This document shows, piece after piece, positions 1 to 12,387 of a DNA stretch of 63,315 nt. The DNA comes from Heptranchias perlo (lineage: Eukaryota): contig NC_090359.1 of NCBI RefSeq assembly GCF_035084215.1, positions 24,366,001-24,429,315 on the forward strand, read 5' to 3'. The translations under genes and the position numbers were made by a program. The first letter of the stretch is position 1. Each line of letters begins with the position of its first letter. The notes below the pieces were generated by a model. It saw only the letters and a list, made by a program, of their open reading frames with translations. It was not told where the DNA came from and ran no database searches.

Positions 1-118
1 TCGACTGTTACATTCCAGTCTGGCTGCTATTGATACTTGGATTGTTCACTGTTGGTAAGAATCTGCTCCATACAGAGAATGATTTCCCTTTCAATATTTA
101 CTAAAGGTGCCCTTCCAC

Positions 119-515
119 AAAGCTCCCTCTACACCGTCCCATCAAACACTCTCAGGGCAGGTACAGCACGGGTTAGATACAGAGTAAAGCTCCCTCTACA
201 CCGTCCCATCAAACACTCCCAGGGCAGGTACAGCACGGGTTAGATACAGAGTAAAGCTCCCTCTACACTGTCCCATCAAACACTCCCAGGGCAGGTACAG
301 CACGGGTTAGATACAGAATAAAGCTCCCTCTACACTGTCCCATCAAACACTCCCAGGGCAGGTACAGCACGGGTTAGATACAGAGTAAAGCTCCCTCTAC
401 ACTGTCCCATCAAACACTCCCAGGGCAGGTACAGCACGGGTTAGATACAGAGTAAAGCTCCCTCTACACTGTCCCATCAAACACTCCCAGGGGCAGGTAC
501 AGCACGGGTTAGATG
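119..515 (+). repeat. 67-bp tandem repeat, ~6 copies
   Basis: AGCTCCCTCTACAC...GGGTTAGATACAGAGTAA recurs at 121, 188 and onward. The same family is at 24225-24340 and, inverted, at 35775-36170. Confidence 0.95.
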
Positions 516-767
516 TAGCATAAATCTCTTAGGATTCTCACCCCACTGCTGACGTCACACTGCGAAGGCTGTTAAAATGATTTAAATGAGTCAAGGCTGG
601 AGAAAATGGCTCTGTTTGGGGGCGCCCTGCCCTGGCTGCTGAAAGTGCCCTCACACAGATGATGTACGCAGAGTTCGCCCCAGTGTGAATACCTGGGGGT
701 GGGCCCTTTAATTCCAACATCAGAACTCGTGCAAGCTTTTCAGGCGGGGCTGACAGCCGAGCAGGTT

Positions 768-1302
768 CATAAGAACATAAGAAATAGGAGCAGGAGTAGG
801 CCAATCGGCCCCTCGATCCTGCTCCGCCATTCAATAAGATCATGGCCGATCTGATCCTAACCTCAAATCTAAGTTCATGTCCAATTTCCTGCCCGCTCCC
901 CGTAACCCCTAATTCCCTTTACTTCGAGGAAACTGTCTATTTCTGTTTTAAATTTATTTAATGATGTAGCTTCCACAGCTTCCTGGGGCAGCAAATTCCA
1001 CAGACCTACTACCCTCTGAGTGAAGAAGTTTCTCCTCATCTCAGTTTTGAAAGAGCAGCCCCTTATTCTAAGATTATGCCCCCTAGTTCTAGTTTCACCC
1101 ATCCTTGGGAACATCCTTACCGCATCCACCCGATCAAGCCCCTTCACAATCTTATATGTTTCAATAAGATCGCCTCTCATTCTTCTGAACTCCAATGAGT
1201 AGAGTCCCAATCTACTCAACCTCTCCTCATATGTCCGCCCCCTCATCCCCGGGATTAACCGAGTGAACCTTCTTTGTACTGCCTCGAGAGCAAGTATGTC
1301 CT
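768..1302 (-). mobile_element. CR1-clade LINE 3' fragment
   Basis: ORF2 C-terminus LEAVQRRFTRLIPGM...FFTQRVVGLWN plus short-repeat 3' tail; near-identical to 18150-18750 and 46837-47703. Confidence 0.93.
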
Positions 1303-2116
1303 TTGGCCAGGTCACCTCTCCCGCAGCGACGTCAGATGCGAGCGAAGCTGTTGCTTTTGCGCTGGAGAGGGATGGAGCAAGGAACCCCAGCAACTCCATC
1401 CCCTTCCTCCCCTCTCCAACGCGGCCCAGCTCCCCCACCCCACCCTAAATTAATGGGCCGGGGATCAGGGCTGCAATCGAAGGGCAGGACTCTCCGCTCC
1501 CCTCTCGCCACCAGAGATCTGCCAGCACCGTGGTGACGGGGTGGGTTGGCCCCAGGGCCGAGCCGAGTTGCTAGCCACTGGAGCCCCCTCCCCCCATGCC
1601 GTGACACGGATTGAGTGTTTTACTCGCCGTGCCGCTCGCTGCGTCTCCTCGCGCCCCGCCGTGGATGGTTCCGTGTTACGGACCCTCTGCGCGCTGTCTC
1701 TCTGGTCAAAGAACAACTTTCCGTTCTTCCCTTGCCGCTTTGTTCCGTTTGGATTCTGTGCTGCTTCCCGTCGGATACCAGGGCCTGTATTGGGAAGCAA
1801 GGAGAGGGGTTGTCCAAACGGTTACAGCCCTAACTCTCCAACCCCCCCCTCCACTCCTCACGCTGCGGCCCTTTGAAAACTCGACACCACCCACAGTACG
1901 TGTAATCAGGCCCGTCTCAGCAGGCTCCGTCCTGTTGAATCAGAGACTTTTGCAGCGCGGAAGGAGTCCATTCGGCCCGTCGACCCCATGCCGACTCTCC
2001 GAAGGGGCTGCCCACCCGGTCCTGTTCCCGCGCCTTTTCCGCATGAAAGCTCTGCTTGCCCGGGTGTCCAACTCAAGCTCGTCCAAAACTCGCCCCCCAC
2101 CAACCGCCCCCCCCCA

Positions 2117-2425
2117 ACTCTGTAACCTCCTCCAGCCCTACAACCCTCCGAGACCTCTGCGCTCCTCTGATTCTGGCCTCGTGTCCATCCCCCCAAGTCC
2201 TTCGCCCCGCCATTGGCGGCCGTGCCTTCAGCCGTCCAGGCCCTAAGCTCTGGAATTCCCTCTCTCTCCTCCTTTAAGACCTACAACCTACCTCTTTGAC
2301 CAAGCCTTTGGTCATCTGTCCTAATATCTCCTTGGCATCAAACTTTGTGTGATGTCGCTCCTGTGAAGCACCTTGGGACATTTTACTCTGTTAACGGTGC
2401 TGTATAAATGCAAAGTTTTGTTGTT
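2117..2425 (+). mobile_element. L2-like LINE 3' fragment
   Basis: Encodes GGRAFS...PKLWNSL; similar to 16090-16405. Confidence 0.7.
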
Positions 2426-2474
2426 CTTGTTGGAAGCTATGCCAATGTAATAATGGAGTACATCCATCCCACAG

Positions 2475-2822
2475 GCCAGTCCGTGTGTACCGAGCACAGC
2501 TTAAAACATCAGGCAGTATGTGGAGGGACTGCTCTCCTTCCTTGTCATTTTACAGGTGGAGGAGAGCAAGCAGAGGTTACCTGGCAGAAAAAAGTTGCTT
2601 CTTCTGATCTGGTGGTCCATGCAGAACCTCCCAGCAGTGCCCAGGACATCATATATAAGCACAGAACAGGAATTCAGCAAGATTGGAACAAGAAAAAAGA
2701 TGCTGAGCTGACTATCAGGGGCATTACGTCGCAGGACGGAGGCACATATATCTGCTACGTCCGTCTACATCCGGAATCCAAAAGTGAAACGTGCTCTGAA
2801 ATATGCCTGGAAGTAAATCGAG
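2475..2822 (+). CDS. Gene A exon: Ig V-set domain, B7/butyrophilin-like
   Basis: cccacag|GC...CGA G|gtgagg, phase 1/1. LPCHF (B-strand Cys), VTWQ (C-strand Trp), QDIIYKHRT, DAELTIRGITSQDGGTYICYV (DxGxYxC). Confidence 0.9.
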
Positions 2823-2966
2823 GTGAGGAGATTTTAATGGCAACGGGGCGGGGTGTAGCCTTTCCAAAGCTGAAAGGGTCATTTTGCCTGGCTTGCCTGC
2901 AAAGCAAAGTTTGCCAGATGCAAGCACGGACCAGAAGTAGGGTCACCCTCTGATTCCCTGACCCCA

Positions 2967-3392
2967 TTAGTTAGGTGGATAGACTGGAGAAGCTGGGGTT
3001 GTTCTCCTTGGAACAGAGAAGGTTGAGAGGAGATTTGATCGAGGTATTCAAAATCATGAAGGGTCCAGACAGAGTAACTGTTCCCATCGGTGGAAGGGTC
3101 AAGAGCCAGAAGACATAGATTTAAGGTGATTGGAACCAAAGGTGACATGAGGAAAAACTTTTTGTGCAGTGAGTGGTTAGGATCTGGAATGCACTGCCCG
3201 AGGGGGGTGGTGGAGGCAGATTCAATCATGGCCTTCAAAGGGGAACTGGATAAGTACTTGAAAGGAAAAAAATTGCAGGGCTACTGGGATAGGGCGGGGG
3301 AGTGGGACTAGCTGGATTGTTCTTGCCACAGAGCCGGCATGGACTCGATGGGCCAAATGGCCTCCTTCCATGCTGTAACCTCTCTATGATTC
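2967..3392 (+). mobile_element. CR1 LINE 3' fragment
   Basis: LEKLGLFSLEQRRLRGDLIEVFKI-type sequence plus tail. Confidence 0.9.
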
Positions 3393-3616
3393 CATGCTGG
3401 TTACTAGCGAGGCAGCCCACTGTCGGCTGGGTTTAGGAAAATGGCTCGTATCAAACTCCTCCCCACAATTTACATAGAACCGTCAACCCATCTATATAAT
3501 ATGTTTCAAATCTTACATCTGCACGCAATTCCTGTCAACCTTTTTCCGTTATAAAAGTCCTATTTATAATGCGAATTGCCTATGTAAATTTATTGCACTG
3601 TAACTACACGCTCCCC

Positions 3617-4157
3617 TGCAATGGCACAAGTCAGGAGTGTGATGGAATACTCTCCACTTGCCTGGATGAGTGCAGCTCCAACAACACTCAAGAAGCTCGA
3701 CACCATCCAGGACAAAGCAGCCCGCTTGATTGGCACCCCATCAACCACCCTAAACATTCACTCCCTTCACCACCGGCGCACAGTGGCTGCAGTGTGTACC
3801 ATCCACAGGATGCACTGCAGCAACTCGCCAAAGCTTCTTCGACAGCACCTCCCAAACCCGCGACCTCTACCACCTGGACGGACAAGAGCAGCAGGCGCAT
3901 GGGAACAACACCACCTGCACGTTCCCCTCCAAGTCACACACCATCCCGACTTGGAAATATATCGGCCGTTCCTTCATCGTCGCCGGGTCAAAATCCTGGA
4001 ACTCCCTTCCTAACAGCACTGTGGGAGAACCTTCACCACACGGACTGCAGCGGTTCAAGAAGGCGGCTCACCACCACCTTCTCAAGGGGCAATTAGGGAT
4101 GGGCAATAAATGCCGGCCTCGCCAGCGACGCCCACATCCCATGAACGAATAAAAAAG
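3617..4157 (+). mobile_element. Second non-LTR (CR1/L2-group) LINE family, 3' fragment
   Basis: AQVRSVMEYSPLAWMSA...; ends GAACGAATAAAA. Copies at 5940-6808, 8853-9168, 21342-21726, 43858-44150. Confidence 0.85.
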
Positions 4158-4319
4158 ATTGTGATACTGCAGCAGCACCACTGGAAGGGAGGGAGTAATT
4201 GCAGTGTGACAAGTTTGCACAGGCAGCTTCTATCATAAATGTGGAGATAGGAATTTATAATACAAATATAAAAGTACGGACAGAATATGTGACTTCAAAG
4301 AATTACTTCTTATGAGCGG

Positions 4320-4795
4320 CTGCAGAAGAGATTTACTAGAATGGTACCAGGGATGAGGGACTTTAGTTACGGGGAGAGACTGGAGAAGCTGGAATTGTTC
4401 TCCTCAGAGCAGAGAAGGTTAAGGGGAGATTTAATAGAGGTGTTCAAAATCATGAAGGGTTTTGATAGACTAAATAAGGAGAAATCGTTTCCAGTGGCAG
4501 AAGGGTCGGTAACCAGAGGACACAGATTTAAGGCGATCGGCAAAAGAGCCAGAGGCGACATGAGGAAACGTTTTTTTACGCAGCGAGTTGTGATGATCTG
4601 GAACGCGCTGCCTGAAAGGGCGGTGGAAGCAGATTCAATAGTAACTTTCAAAAGGGAATTGGATAAATACTTGAAGGGAAAAAATTTACAGGGCTGTGGG
4701 GATCGAGCAGGGGAGTGGAACTAATTGGAGAGCTCTTTCAAAGAGCCGGCACGGGCATGATGGGCCGAATGGCCTCCTTCTGTGCTGTACCTACT
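4320..4795 (+). mobile_element. CR1 LINE 3' fragment
   Basis: ORF 4341-4724 is the CR1 ORF2 C-terminus. Confidence 0.92.
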
Positions 4796-4904
4796 GTGAT
4801 GCTTCTGCTCACCCTTGGCCCAATTACCTCTCCCACCTTGCTTCATCTGAAGGAGTCACTTGGTCTTAACAACCAGTGAGCAACGCCACGGGAGATCAGC
4901 TAGA

Positions 4905-5362
4905 GAAAGAAAGAGTTGCATTTATATAGCGCCTTTCACGACCTCAGGGCGTCCCAAAGCGCTTTACAGACAATTAGTTACTTTTGAAGTGTAGTCACTG
5001 TTGTAATGTAGGAAACGCGGCAGCCAGTTTGCGCACAGCAAGATCCCACAAACAGCAATGTGATAAATGACCAGGTCATCTGTTTTCAGTGATGTTGTCC
5101 GAGGGATAAATGTTGGCCCCAGGACACCGAGGAGAACTCCCCTTTTCTTCTTCGAAATAGCGGCCGTTGGATCTTTTACGTCCACCTGAGAGGGGCAGAC
5201 GGGGCCTCGGTTTAACGCCTCATCCGAAAGACGGCACCTCTGACAGTGCAGCACTCCCTTGGTACTGGCACTGGGAATATCGGCCTGGATTTTGTGCTCT
5301 GGAGTGAAACGTGAACCCACGACCTTCAGACTTGAAGGGGAGAGAGCGACCCACTGAGCCAA
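4905..5362 (-). mobile_element. tRNA-headed Deu-domain SINE (SacSINE1/AmnSINE1-like)
   Basis: On the minus strand: A/B-box-like head (TGGCTCAGTGG...GGTTCACG) and GTAAAAGATCC...GTCCTGG core. Further copies near 15270, 20790, 46360, 54600, 61005, 61975. Confidence 0.75.
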
Positions 5363-5939
5363 GGATGAAACCTTGACATTAGTCTAAAATAAAGTGCTCA
5401 GCATCTCTTAAAATAGCAGCGGGCGGCAATTGATACTCACATGTTCAACATTCATCTGGTAGGACCAGCGAAAATAACTGCGGGCTACTTTCATTTAATA
5501 CTTAGATTAATTGCAGTGGTGTTTGAGGGTAAATTTTCCGTTCTTGCCGATTCCAGTTCAAAGCATTGGACGACAGGAATACATATTGGAATCAAAAGCA
5601 AAATACATATTTGAATATTGGACATGCTGTGTAGTGGGAGCTAGAATCAGAACTGTTGCATCCAACGTTCTGATATGCACATCAGAGAGTGCGACAACTG
5701 AAAATCAGAGAGATAGCGATTCCTATAATGGCCAAGGTCCATCTAGTTCGCCTGAAACCATCCTGGTAGTCGCATGATACGACGATAATGCAGTCGTTGA
5801 TTAATCGTAGCCATCAATCTCTATCGATTAGCCCACAACAGACCCAGACATGAGGAGAGGAAAACCCCCAGTGGTGGAGAGCTTTGGGAACCAGAGGTCC
5901 AAAGTCACCTTTTTCCTCCCAAGGATGCTACAGATAATG

Positions 5940-6808
5940 CCCTCAGATAATGAAGCAGTCCGAGCCCGCATGCAGCAAGACCTGGGCAACATCCAGGCTT
6001 GGGCTCATAAGTGGCAAGTAACATTCGCGCCAGACAAGTGCCAGGCAATGACCATCTCCAACAAGAGAGAGTCTAACCACCTCCCCTTGACATTCAACGG
6101 CATTACCATCGCCGAATCCCCCACCATCAACATCTTGGGGGTCATCATTGACCAGAAACTTAACTGGACCAGCCGCATAAATACTGTGGCTACAAGAGCA
6201 GGTCAGAGGCTGGGAATTCTGTGGCAAGTGACTCACCTCCTGCCTCCCAAAGCCTTTCCACCATCTACAAAGCACAAGTCAGGAGTGTGATGGAATACTC
6301 TCCACTTGCCTGGATGAGTGCAGCTCCAACAACACTCAAAAAGCTCGACACCATCCAGGACAAAGCAGCCCGCTTGATTGGCACCCCATCCACCACCCTA
6401 AACATTCACTCCCTTCACCACCGGCGCACCGTGGCTGCAGTGTGTACCATCCACAGGATGCACTGCAGCAACTCGCCAAGGCTTCTTCGACAGCACCTCC
6501 CAAACCCGTGACCTCTACCACTTAGAAGGACAAGGGCAGCTGGCACATGGGAACAACACCACCTGCACGTTCCCCTCCAAGTCACACACCATCCCGACTT
6601 GGAAATATATCGGCCGTTCCTTCATCGTCGCTGGGTCAAAATCCTGGAACTCCCTTCCTAACAGCACTGTGGGAGAACCGTCACCACACGGACTGCAGCG
6701 GTTCAAGAAGGCGGCTCACCACCACCTTCTCAAGGGGCAATTAGGGATGGGCAATAAATGCCGGCCTCGCCAGCGACGCCCACGTCCCATGAACGAATAA
6801 AAAAAAAA
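5940..6808 (+). mobile_element. CR1/L2-group LINE 3' fragment
   Basis: RT C-terminal region WQVTFAPDKCQ...LGVIIDQKLNW; poly(A)-like end. Confidence 0.88.
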
Positions 6809-6897
6809 CTTACCTTATATCATCAATGTAACGTCTTGTGTGTTCACATGCGTCTAGCTTCCCCTCGTCCCAGTCTGTCTTGTTCCAATGTTCGCAG

Positions 6898-7215
6898 GTG
6901 AAGATGCTGTCTGGGCAGCCTCCTCCCAGGTTACTGTGATGGCTGGTGAAGTGTTGGAGCTCCACTGCGGCTTTAACCCAAACTGCTTCAATTCAACGGC
7001 ATCGGCCGTGACGTGGAGTTACGGCGATGGTTCATCTGACGACATTCTCGTGCGCAATGAAAGGATTTCGACGGCAGCGTTCTGGGATGGGAATCGCATG
7101 GTGAGGTTTGAACCTGGCGATGGAAGTGCCACCCGAGGAGGTCAGTACCAATGTTGTCTTGGTGATGACCCCGCCCGACCAAAGAGGTGTGCGTTCATGA
7201 ACGTCACTGTCGCCG
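6898..7215 (+). CDS. Gene A exon: second Ig domain (divergent V/I-like)
   Basis: ttcgcag|GT...GCC G|gtaagt, phase 1/1. VTVMAGEVLELHC, AVTWSY, GGQYQCC, FMNVTVA. Confidence 0.85.
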
Positions 7216-8761
7216 GTAAGTCTAATCTGAGTCTCCCCTTACTTTGTCCTTCCTCTATCATTCGTCACGCCCGCCAGCACCTCAGGGAACAAACGGGGTT
7301 AGATTTTGCCGCCCATTCCGGCAGTGAAGAGGCTGCCACCATTTTGAGGCTCAGTTAAATTGGGCAGGCGAGCCGCGCCCCGCAGATCGAAGCCTGAAAA
7401 TCGGGCCGGAGGCTGACGCCGGGAAAGGAAATTGCGGGGGCGGGGCGTTGGGAGGTGGGGTGGGGGGGGGGGGGGGCGGGGGTCGCGATCGCTGTGGGTG
7501 GGGGGACCCGGGGCCTCTTCTCTCCCGTCGCCCGTGGAGCCTGCAGTGCGTGGGTTTCCGACCAGTTCCTCCCGACACTGGTGATCGGGGGGGTGGGGGG
7601 GGGGGGGGCGCGGGGAGATACTATTTACGGCCCAGAAGCCCGATTTCCGTAACATATCGCCTGAATCAGGCGGGCGCTGCGGACACCCCAGCAGTAGGCC
7701 CCTTTTAAAGTAGCACCGGCCGCGTCACGTGCTGTTACCGGGGGGGGGCGGTGAGGCCACCGGCCTCCATTTTGAGGCCACCGACCTCCATTTTGAGGCC
7801 GCTCCTGCCCTATTAACTGCGGGCGAGGGCCACTCGAAAACGAATCACCCCCCCTCTCCCTCCCTCCCACACACACACACAGCGGGACCGATTTACATCC
7901 CCCCCCCCCCACCCACCCTTGACCCCCCCCCCCCCCCGGTTTTCGGACGGGAACGGAGCAGGCAAAATGGCTGCTGGCTCCTCGCCGCTCCGTTCCCGCT
8001 GCCCGTCCCTCGCCCGCCCGCCATTCCAATCCAGTCGTGCAAAATGGGCGCCAGAGCGGTCCCTGGTCTCAGCCGGGCGTGCCAACGGGCGGAGCTCCTC
8101 TCGTTGGTACTCGGCCGAAACCAACCGGGCTCTGAAAGCCAGCGCGGAGAGCGCTCGGCGAGACGGTAAAACGTGTTTCAACGATATCTCTGGAATCAGG
8201 AGGAACGTTAATGCCCCGTCCTCTCGTCCCGCTCAATTCCGGTGCCCCCCATGTGCTTTCCCCTCGGATTATCTCCCCCTCCCCCACTGAAGGCTCCATA
8301 TAAGTTGAAGGAGAGACTGTTCCCCATCTCCCCCAATTGGCGAGTACCGGTTCAGTGGGGACTTTGGTTGGCGGGGGGGCTTTGGTGGTGGGTTTGGGGG
8401 AGAATGGAGTCTCAGGTAGGAGTTGGAGGGGGTGTGGGTTGGAGAGGGGGGGATGAGGGGGTGAGTGCGGGAATGTGCGGGGGGGAAGTGCGGACGCAGG
8501 TGGGAATGGGTGCGGCGGGGGTACGGGGGGCGAGTGGAAGTGTGCGGGGAAGTGGGGGCTTGGGTAGCAGTGAGTGGGAGCAGAGGGAATGAACCAGAGG
8601 GTTTAGTTCATATGGACACTGGTGTGCTGACCGGGCCGCTGTAAGACCATCGACATGGGTTTGCATGATAAACTCTTAACACTTGGCCACTCAATATTTG
8701 AAGTGATTGTGAGTTGTTCCAGTTCGTTTTTTAACAACTTCCACTGATGTTCATCCAATAG

Positions 8762-8874
8762 AGTCAACAAGTGGTGCTGAGGCAGGACTCGGAAGGCACT
8801 GCCAGTACTCCGCGGCTCTGTTACTGGCTGAATTCTTCCTCATTGCTGCTATCTTAACTGGACCAGCCATATAA
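8762..8874 (+). CDS. Gene A terminal exon: GPI-signal-like hydrophobic C-terminus
   Basis: catccaatag|AG in phase 1 gives ESTSGAEAGLGRHCQYSAALLLAEFFLIAAILTGPAI*. Confidence 0.72.
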
Positions 8875-9168
8875 ATACTGTGCCTACAAGAGCAGGTCAG
8901 AGGCTGGGTATTCTGTGGCGAGTGACTCACCTCCTGACTCCCCAAAGCATTTCCACCATCTCCAAGGCACCAGTCAGGAGTGTGATGGAATACTCTCCAC
9001 TTGCTTGGATGAGTGCAGCTCCAACAACACTCAAGAAGCTCGACACCATCCAGGATAAAGCAGCCCGGCTTCTTTGACAGCACCTCCCAAACCCGCGACC
9101 TCCACCACTTAGAAGGACAAGAGCAGCAGGCACATGGGAACAACACCACCCGCACGTTCCCCTCCAAG
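8853..9168 (+). mobile_element. Internally deleted LINE fragment overlapping the gene A stop codon
   Basis: CTTAACTGGACCAGCC..ATAAATACTGTG matches the copy starting near 6159. Confidence 0.85.
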
Positions 9169-10140
9169 TTTATACCCACCCCCTCCCACCTCGCCCCCAA
9201 GTACGGAAATTAAATCTTTCAGTCCAGCGAATCGAAACCATTTATCACGCGTCTGAGTTGTGATTCCTGTAAGAATATTGGAAATAGGGAAAAATTGACG
9301 TCTTTTTCTTGGTGCTACTAACCATCGTGCTCTGCGGGCCGTGCTGCCTATTTTGCCGAGCATGTGGCTTAGTCTGCTTAGTAAACTGTTAACCTTTGAC
9401 TTGTGACTGACCCTTGTCATCCTCCTTGCTGGACAAGGCCGCTGTGTGATAGAAGGAGAACAATAATCCAAGAGATAACGGGTTACTTGACCGTCCCCAA
9501 ACACGCTGTGGTAAAACTAAAGTTCGCAGTGGGTTGGGGGTCAGGTTTCACGTTTTTAACAATTCACCCCCCTTTTCCAACCCCCCCGCCCCCCATGACC
9601 CACTCCCGCCCCTCATTGGGGATGGGTTAAATGGACTGGTCTTCTCCTCCTGCAACTCACTCGGGCGGGATTAACCACTTCACACAGAGCCTTGTGCATC
9701 AGGAGCCCCATCTCGAGAATCCAGGCACAGAGCTCAGCCCGAGGGGGCAGAGATGACCGCCCTGAGCTGGGAAGCCCACAGACCCAGACCTCAGGGACCC
9801 CAGTCTTCAAAGGAACAATGGCGCGGGAGCGATAATCTCATGCCCTGACAGTGCAGAGGTGGTTTCCAGGTGGTTCAGATGATGGGGAACTCAGAAGTCG
9901 TCACTTGGAAGTCACAGTTGGACGAAACTTCCTCGCGACCTGCAGGAACGCCCCTGGAGAGAGGGGACATCCCGGGAAACCCCCACAGCAGCAAGACGGC
10001 CGGGGGGTGGGGGGCGGGCGGAGTCTTCTCGGGACATTGGTGGCTTCCAGAGTGGCAGCGACCGATAGTCAATGGATGCCCTGAGGGTCAGCCCAAAGCT
10101 GCAGACTTTCACTGGGCTTCCGTGACCTGGTTGAGTCATT

Positions 10141-10710
10141 GGGGCCGATTTTAGGATGGCCAAGCGGGTGCGTTCGGGGCAGGGGGGGGCCCTCCTAAAA
10201 TCGGGGAATCCCGGAGCGGGTCCGGAGCCCCGGCTCCAACACGCCCACTTCCGGGTTCCCCGATGACGCGTTCGGGTGCGCGCGCAGCTCCCGCATGCAG
10301 GACTCCCACCGGCAATTAAAGCCGGCCGGATGACCATTTAAATACTTACTTACCCAGTTGAGATACTTGACAGACCTCATTGACTGGAGATTTTGGCAGG
10401 GGTGCAATTTTCATGGATCCTCAGTGTGTTTCCCTGTTGGAACAGACAAGTTTCAGTCAGCAGCCAGTGGGAGATGCAAAGGATTATTTTGACACTTGGG
10501 AATATCTCATTTATTGCACTCTGTCACTTCCACTCAAAATTATTAATTTATACCCTGAGCTCTGCTGTGCAAACACATTTACCGACTTTGCGGACCCCCT
10601 CAAACTCACACCGTCAGGATGGGGACGAGCAACATCACCAGCCTCGCCAGGCTTGCCGTCCACCTCCGCCACGTGGAGCTCCACACAGTGCTGCGTCACA
10701 GGTACCTGCA
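10141..10710 (+). mobile_element. Probable 5' remnant of a PIF/Harbinger-like DNA transposon
   Basis: GC-rich terminus GGGGCCGATTTT. DGDEQHHQPRQA.RPPPPRGAPHSAA resembles, from recall only, N-termini of shark HARBI1-like ORFs; no DDE core is present. Confidence 0.4.
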
Positions 10711-10784
10711 CAAAATATCCCCATCAACTCACACACCATCCCGCCTTGGACATATAAAACCACAGCCTTCCCCTCCTCAACCCT

Positions 10785-11905
10785 CTCCCGCCGCGACCTC
10801 TCCCCGCCGCGACCTCTCCCCGCCGCGACCTCTCCCCGCCGCGACCTCTCCCCCACCGTGACCTCTCCCCCACCGCGACCTCTCCCCCACCGTGACCTCT
10901 CCCCCACCGCGACCTCTCCCTCACCGCGACCTCTCCCCGCCGCGACCTCTCCCCCACCGCGACCTCTCCCCCACCGCGACCTCTCCCCGCCGCGACCTCT
11001 CCCCGCCGCGACCTCTCCCCGCCGCGACCTCTCCCCCCGGGATCTCTCTCTCCCCCACGATCTCTCTCCCCCGCGATCTCTCTCTCCCCCCCCCCGCGAT
11101 CCCTCTCTCCCCCCCCGCGATCTCTCTCTTCGCCCCCCGCGATCTCTCCTCCCCCCCCCTCCGCGATCTCTCTCTTCCCCCCCCGCGATCTCTCTCTCCC
11201 CCCCCCAGCGATCTCTCTCTCCCCCCCCCGCGATCTCTCTCTCCCCCCCCGCGATCTCTCTCTTCCCCCCCCCGCGATCTCTCTCTCCCCCCCCCCGCGA
11301 TCTCTCTCTCCCCCCCCCCGCGATCTCTCTCTCCCCCCCCCGCGATCTCTCTCTCCCCCCCCCGCGATCTCTCTCTCCCCCCCCGCGATCTCTCTCTCCC
11401 CCCCCGCGATCTCTCCTCCCCCCCCCTCCGCGATCTCTCTCTTCCCCCCCCAGCGATCTCTCTCTTCCCCCCCCCGCGATCTCTCTCTCCCCCCCCCCGC
11501 GATCTCTCTCTCCCCCCCCGCGATCTCTCTCTCCCCCCCGCGATCTCTCTCTCCCCCCCCGCGATCCCTCTCTCCCCCCCCGCGATCCCTCTCTCCCCCC
11601 CGCGATCCCTCTCTCCCCCCCCGCGATCTCTCTCTCCCCCCACCGCGATCCCTCTCTCCCCCCCGCGATCCCTCTCTCTCCCCCCCTGCGATCTCTCTTT
11701 CCCCCCCCGCGATCCCTCTCTCCCCCCCCCCCACCGCGATCTCTCTCTCCCCCCCCCCCGCGATCTCTCTTTCCCCCCCCGCGATCCCTCTCTCCCCCCC
11801 CGCGATCTCTCTTTCCCCCCCCGCGATCCCTCTCTCCCCGCCCCCCCCCCGCGATCCCTCTCTTCCCCCCCCCCCGCGATCTCTCCCCTCTGATCCCCGA
11901 TCTCC
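10785..11905. repeat. C-rich minisatellite (CCGCGACCTCTCCCC grading into CCCCCGCGATCTCTCTCT)
   Basis: Direct inspection; explains the long Pro/Gly-rich spurious ORFs. Confidence 0.95.
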
Positions 11906-12387
11906 TCGGTCGCTGGGGACCAGCCTCTCAATCTGTCTGGCTGCCGAGAGGCAAACGGAGTAAAAAATTTCTAAGCAGGTCCTGCCGTTAAATTCGGCAG
12001 AGCCTCCGCCTTCCCGGTCTTTCCAGGTTTCCGGGGGCTGACACTCACCCTCATATCCCTCCCCTCCGCCCCATAAATATTGGGGCTGTTACTTCAACAC
12101 AGGAAGGATGCAGGGAATTAAATTACGAAAAAAACATTAATTATAAATAAACAGTGCTGTTAAAGAGAGGGAGGGTCTCTGTCAGTGATGTTTCACCATG
12201 AACCATTCAGCTTTGGAAATCGCCAACTGTCCCTTGTTTTGGGCCTTTGGTCCCAATCACACCTGGGATTGAGGCCTCCCACCTGTAGAGAGGGCTGTTC
12301 CTCACTGTGCAACACTGCGCTCAATGGGCCCCCATCGACAATAGGATCCCGTCACCCGGGCTGGGGCTCTGCACTCTGCTAATATAT

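Noticed and set aside
119-515. CRISPR-like array
   Set aside because: Units are contiguous with no unique spacers, and the context is eukaryotic.
1300-1900. Gene A leader exon in the CpG-rich segment
   Set aside because: MRAKLLLLRW (near 1336) and MVPCYG (1665) lack a suitable phase-1 donor; the leader remains unlocated.
2408-2474. In-frame ATG as the gene A start
   Set aside because: The ATG lies in a repeat tail and encodes a poor signal peptide, while a phase-1 acceptor exists at 2474/2475.
9288-9392. Hydrophobic frame GKIDVFFLVLLTIVLCGPCC as a TM exon of gene A
   Set aside because: It needs a phase-0 acceptor with no pyrimidine tract, incompatible with the phase-1 donor at 7215.
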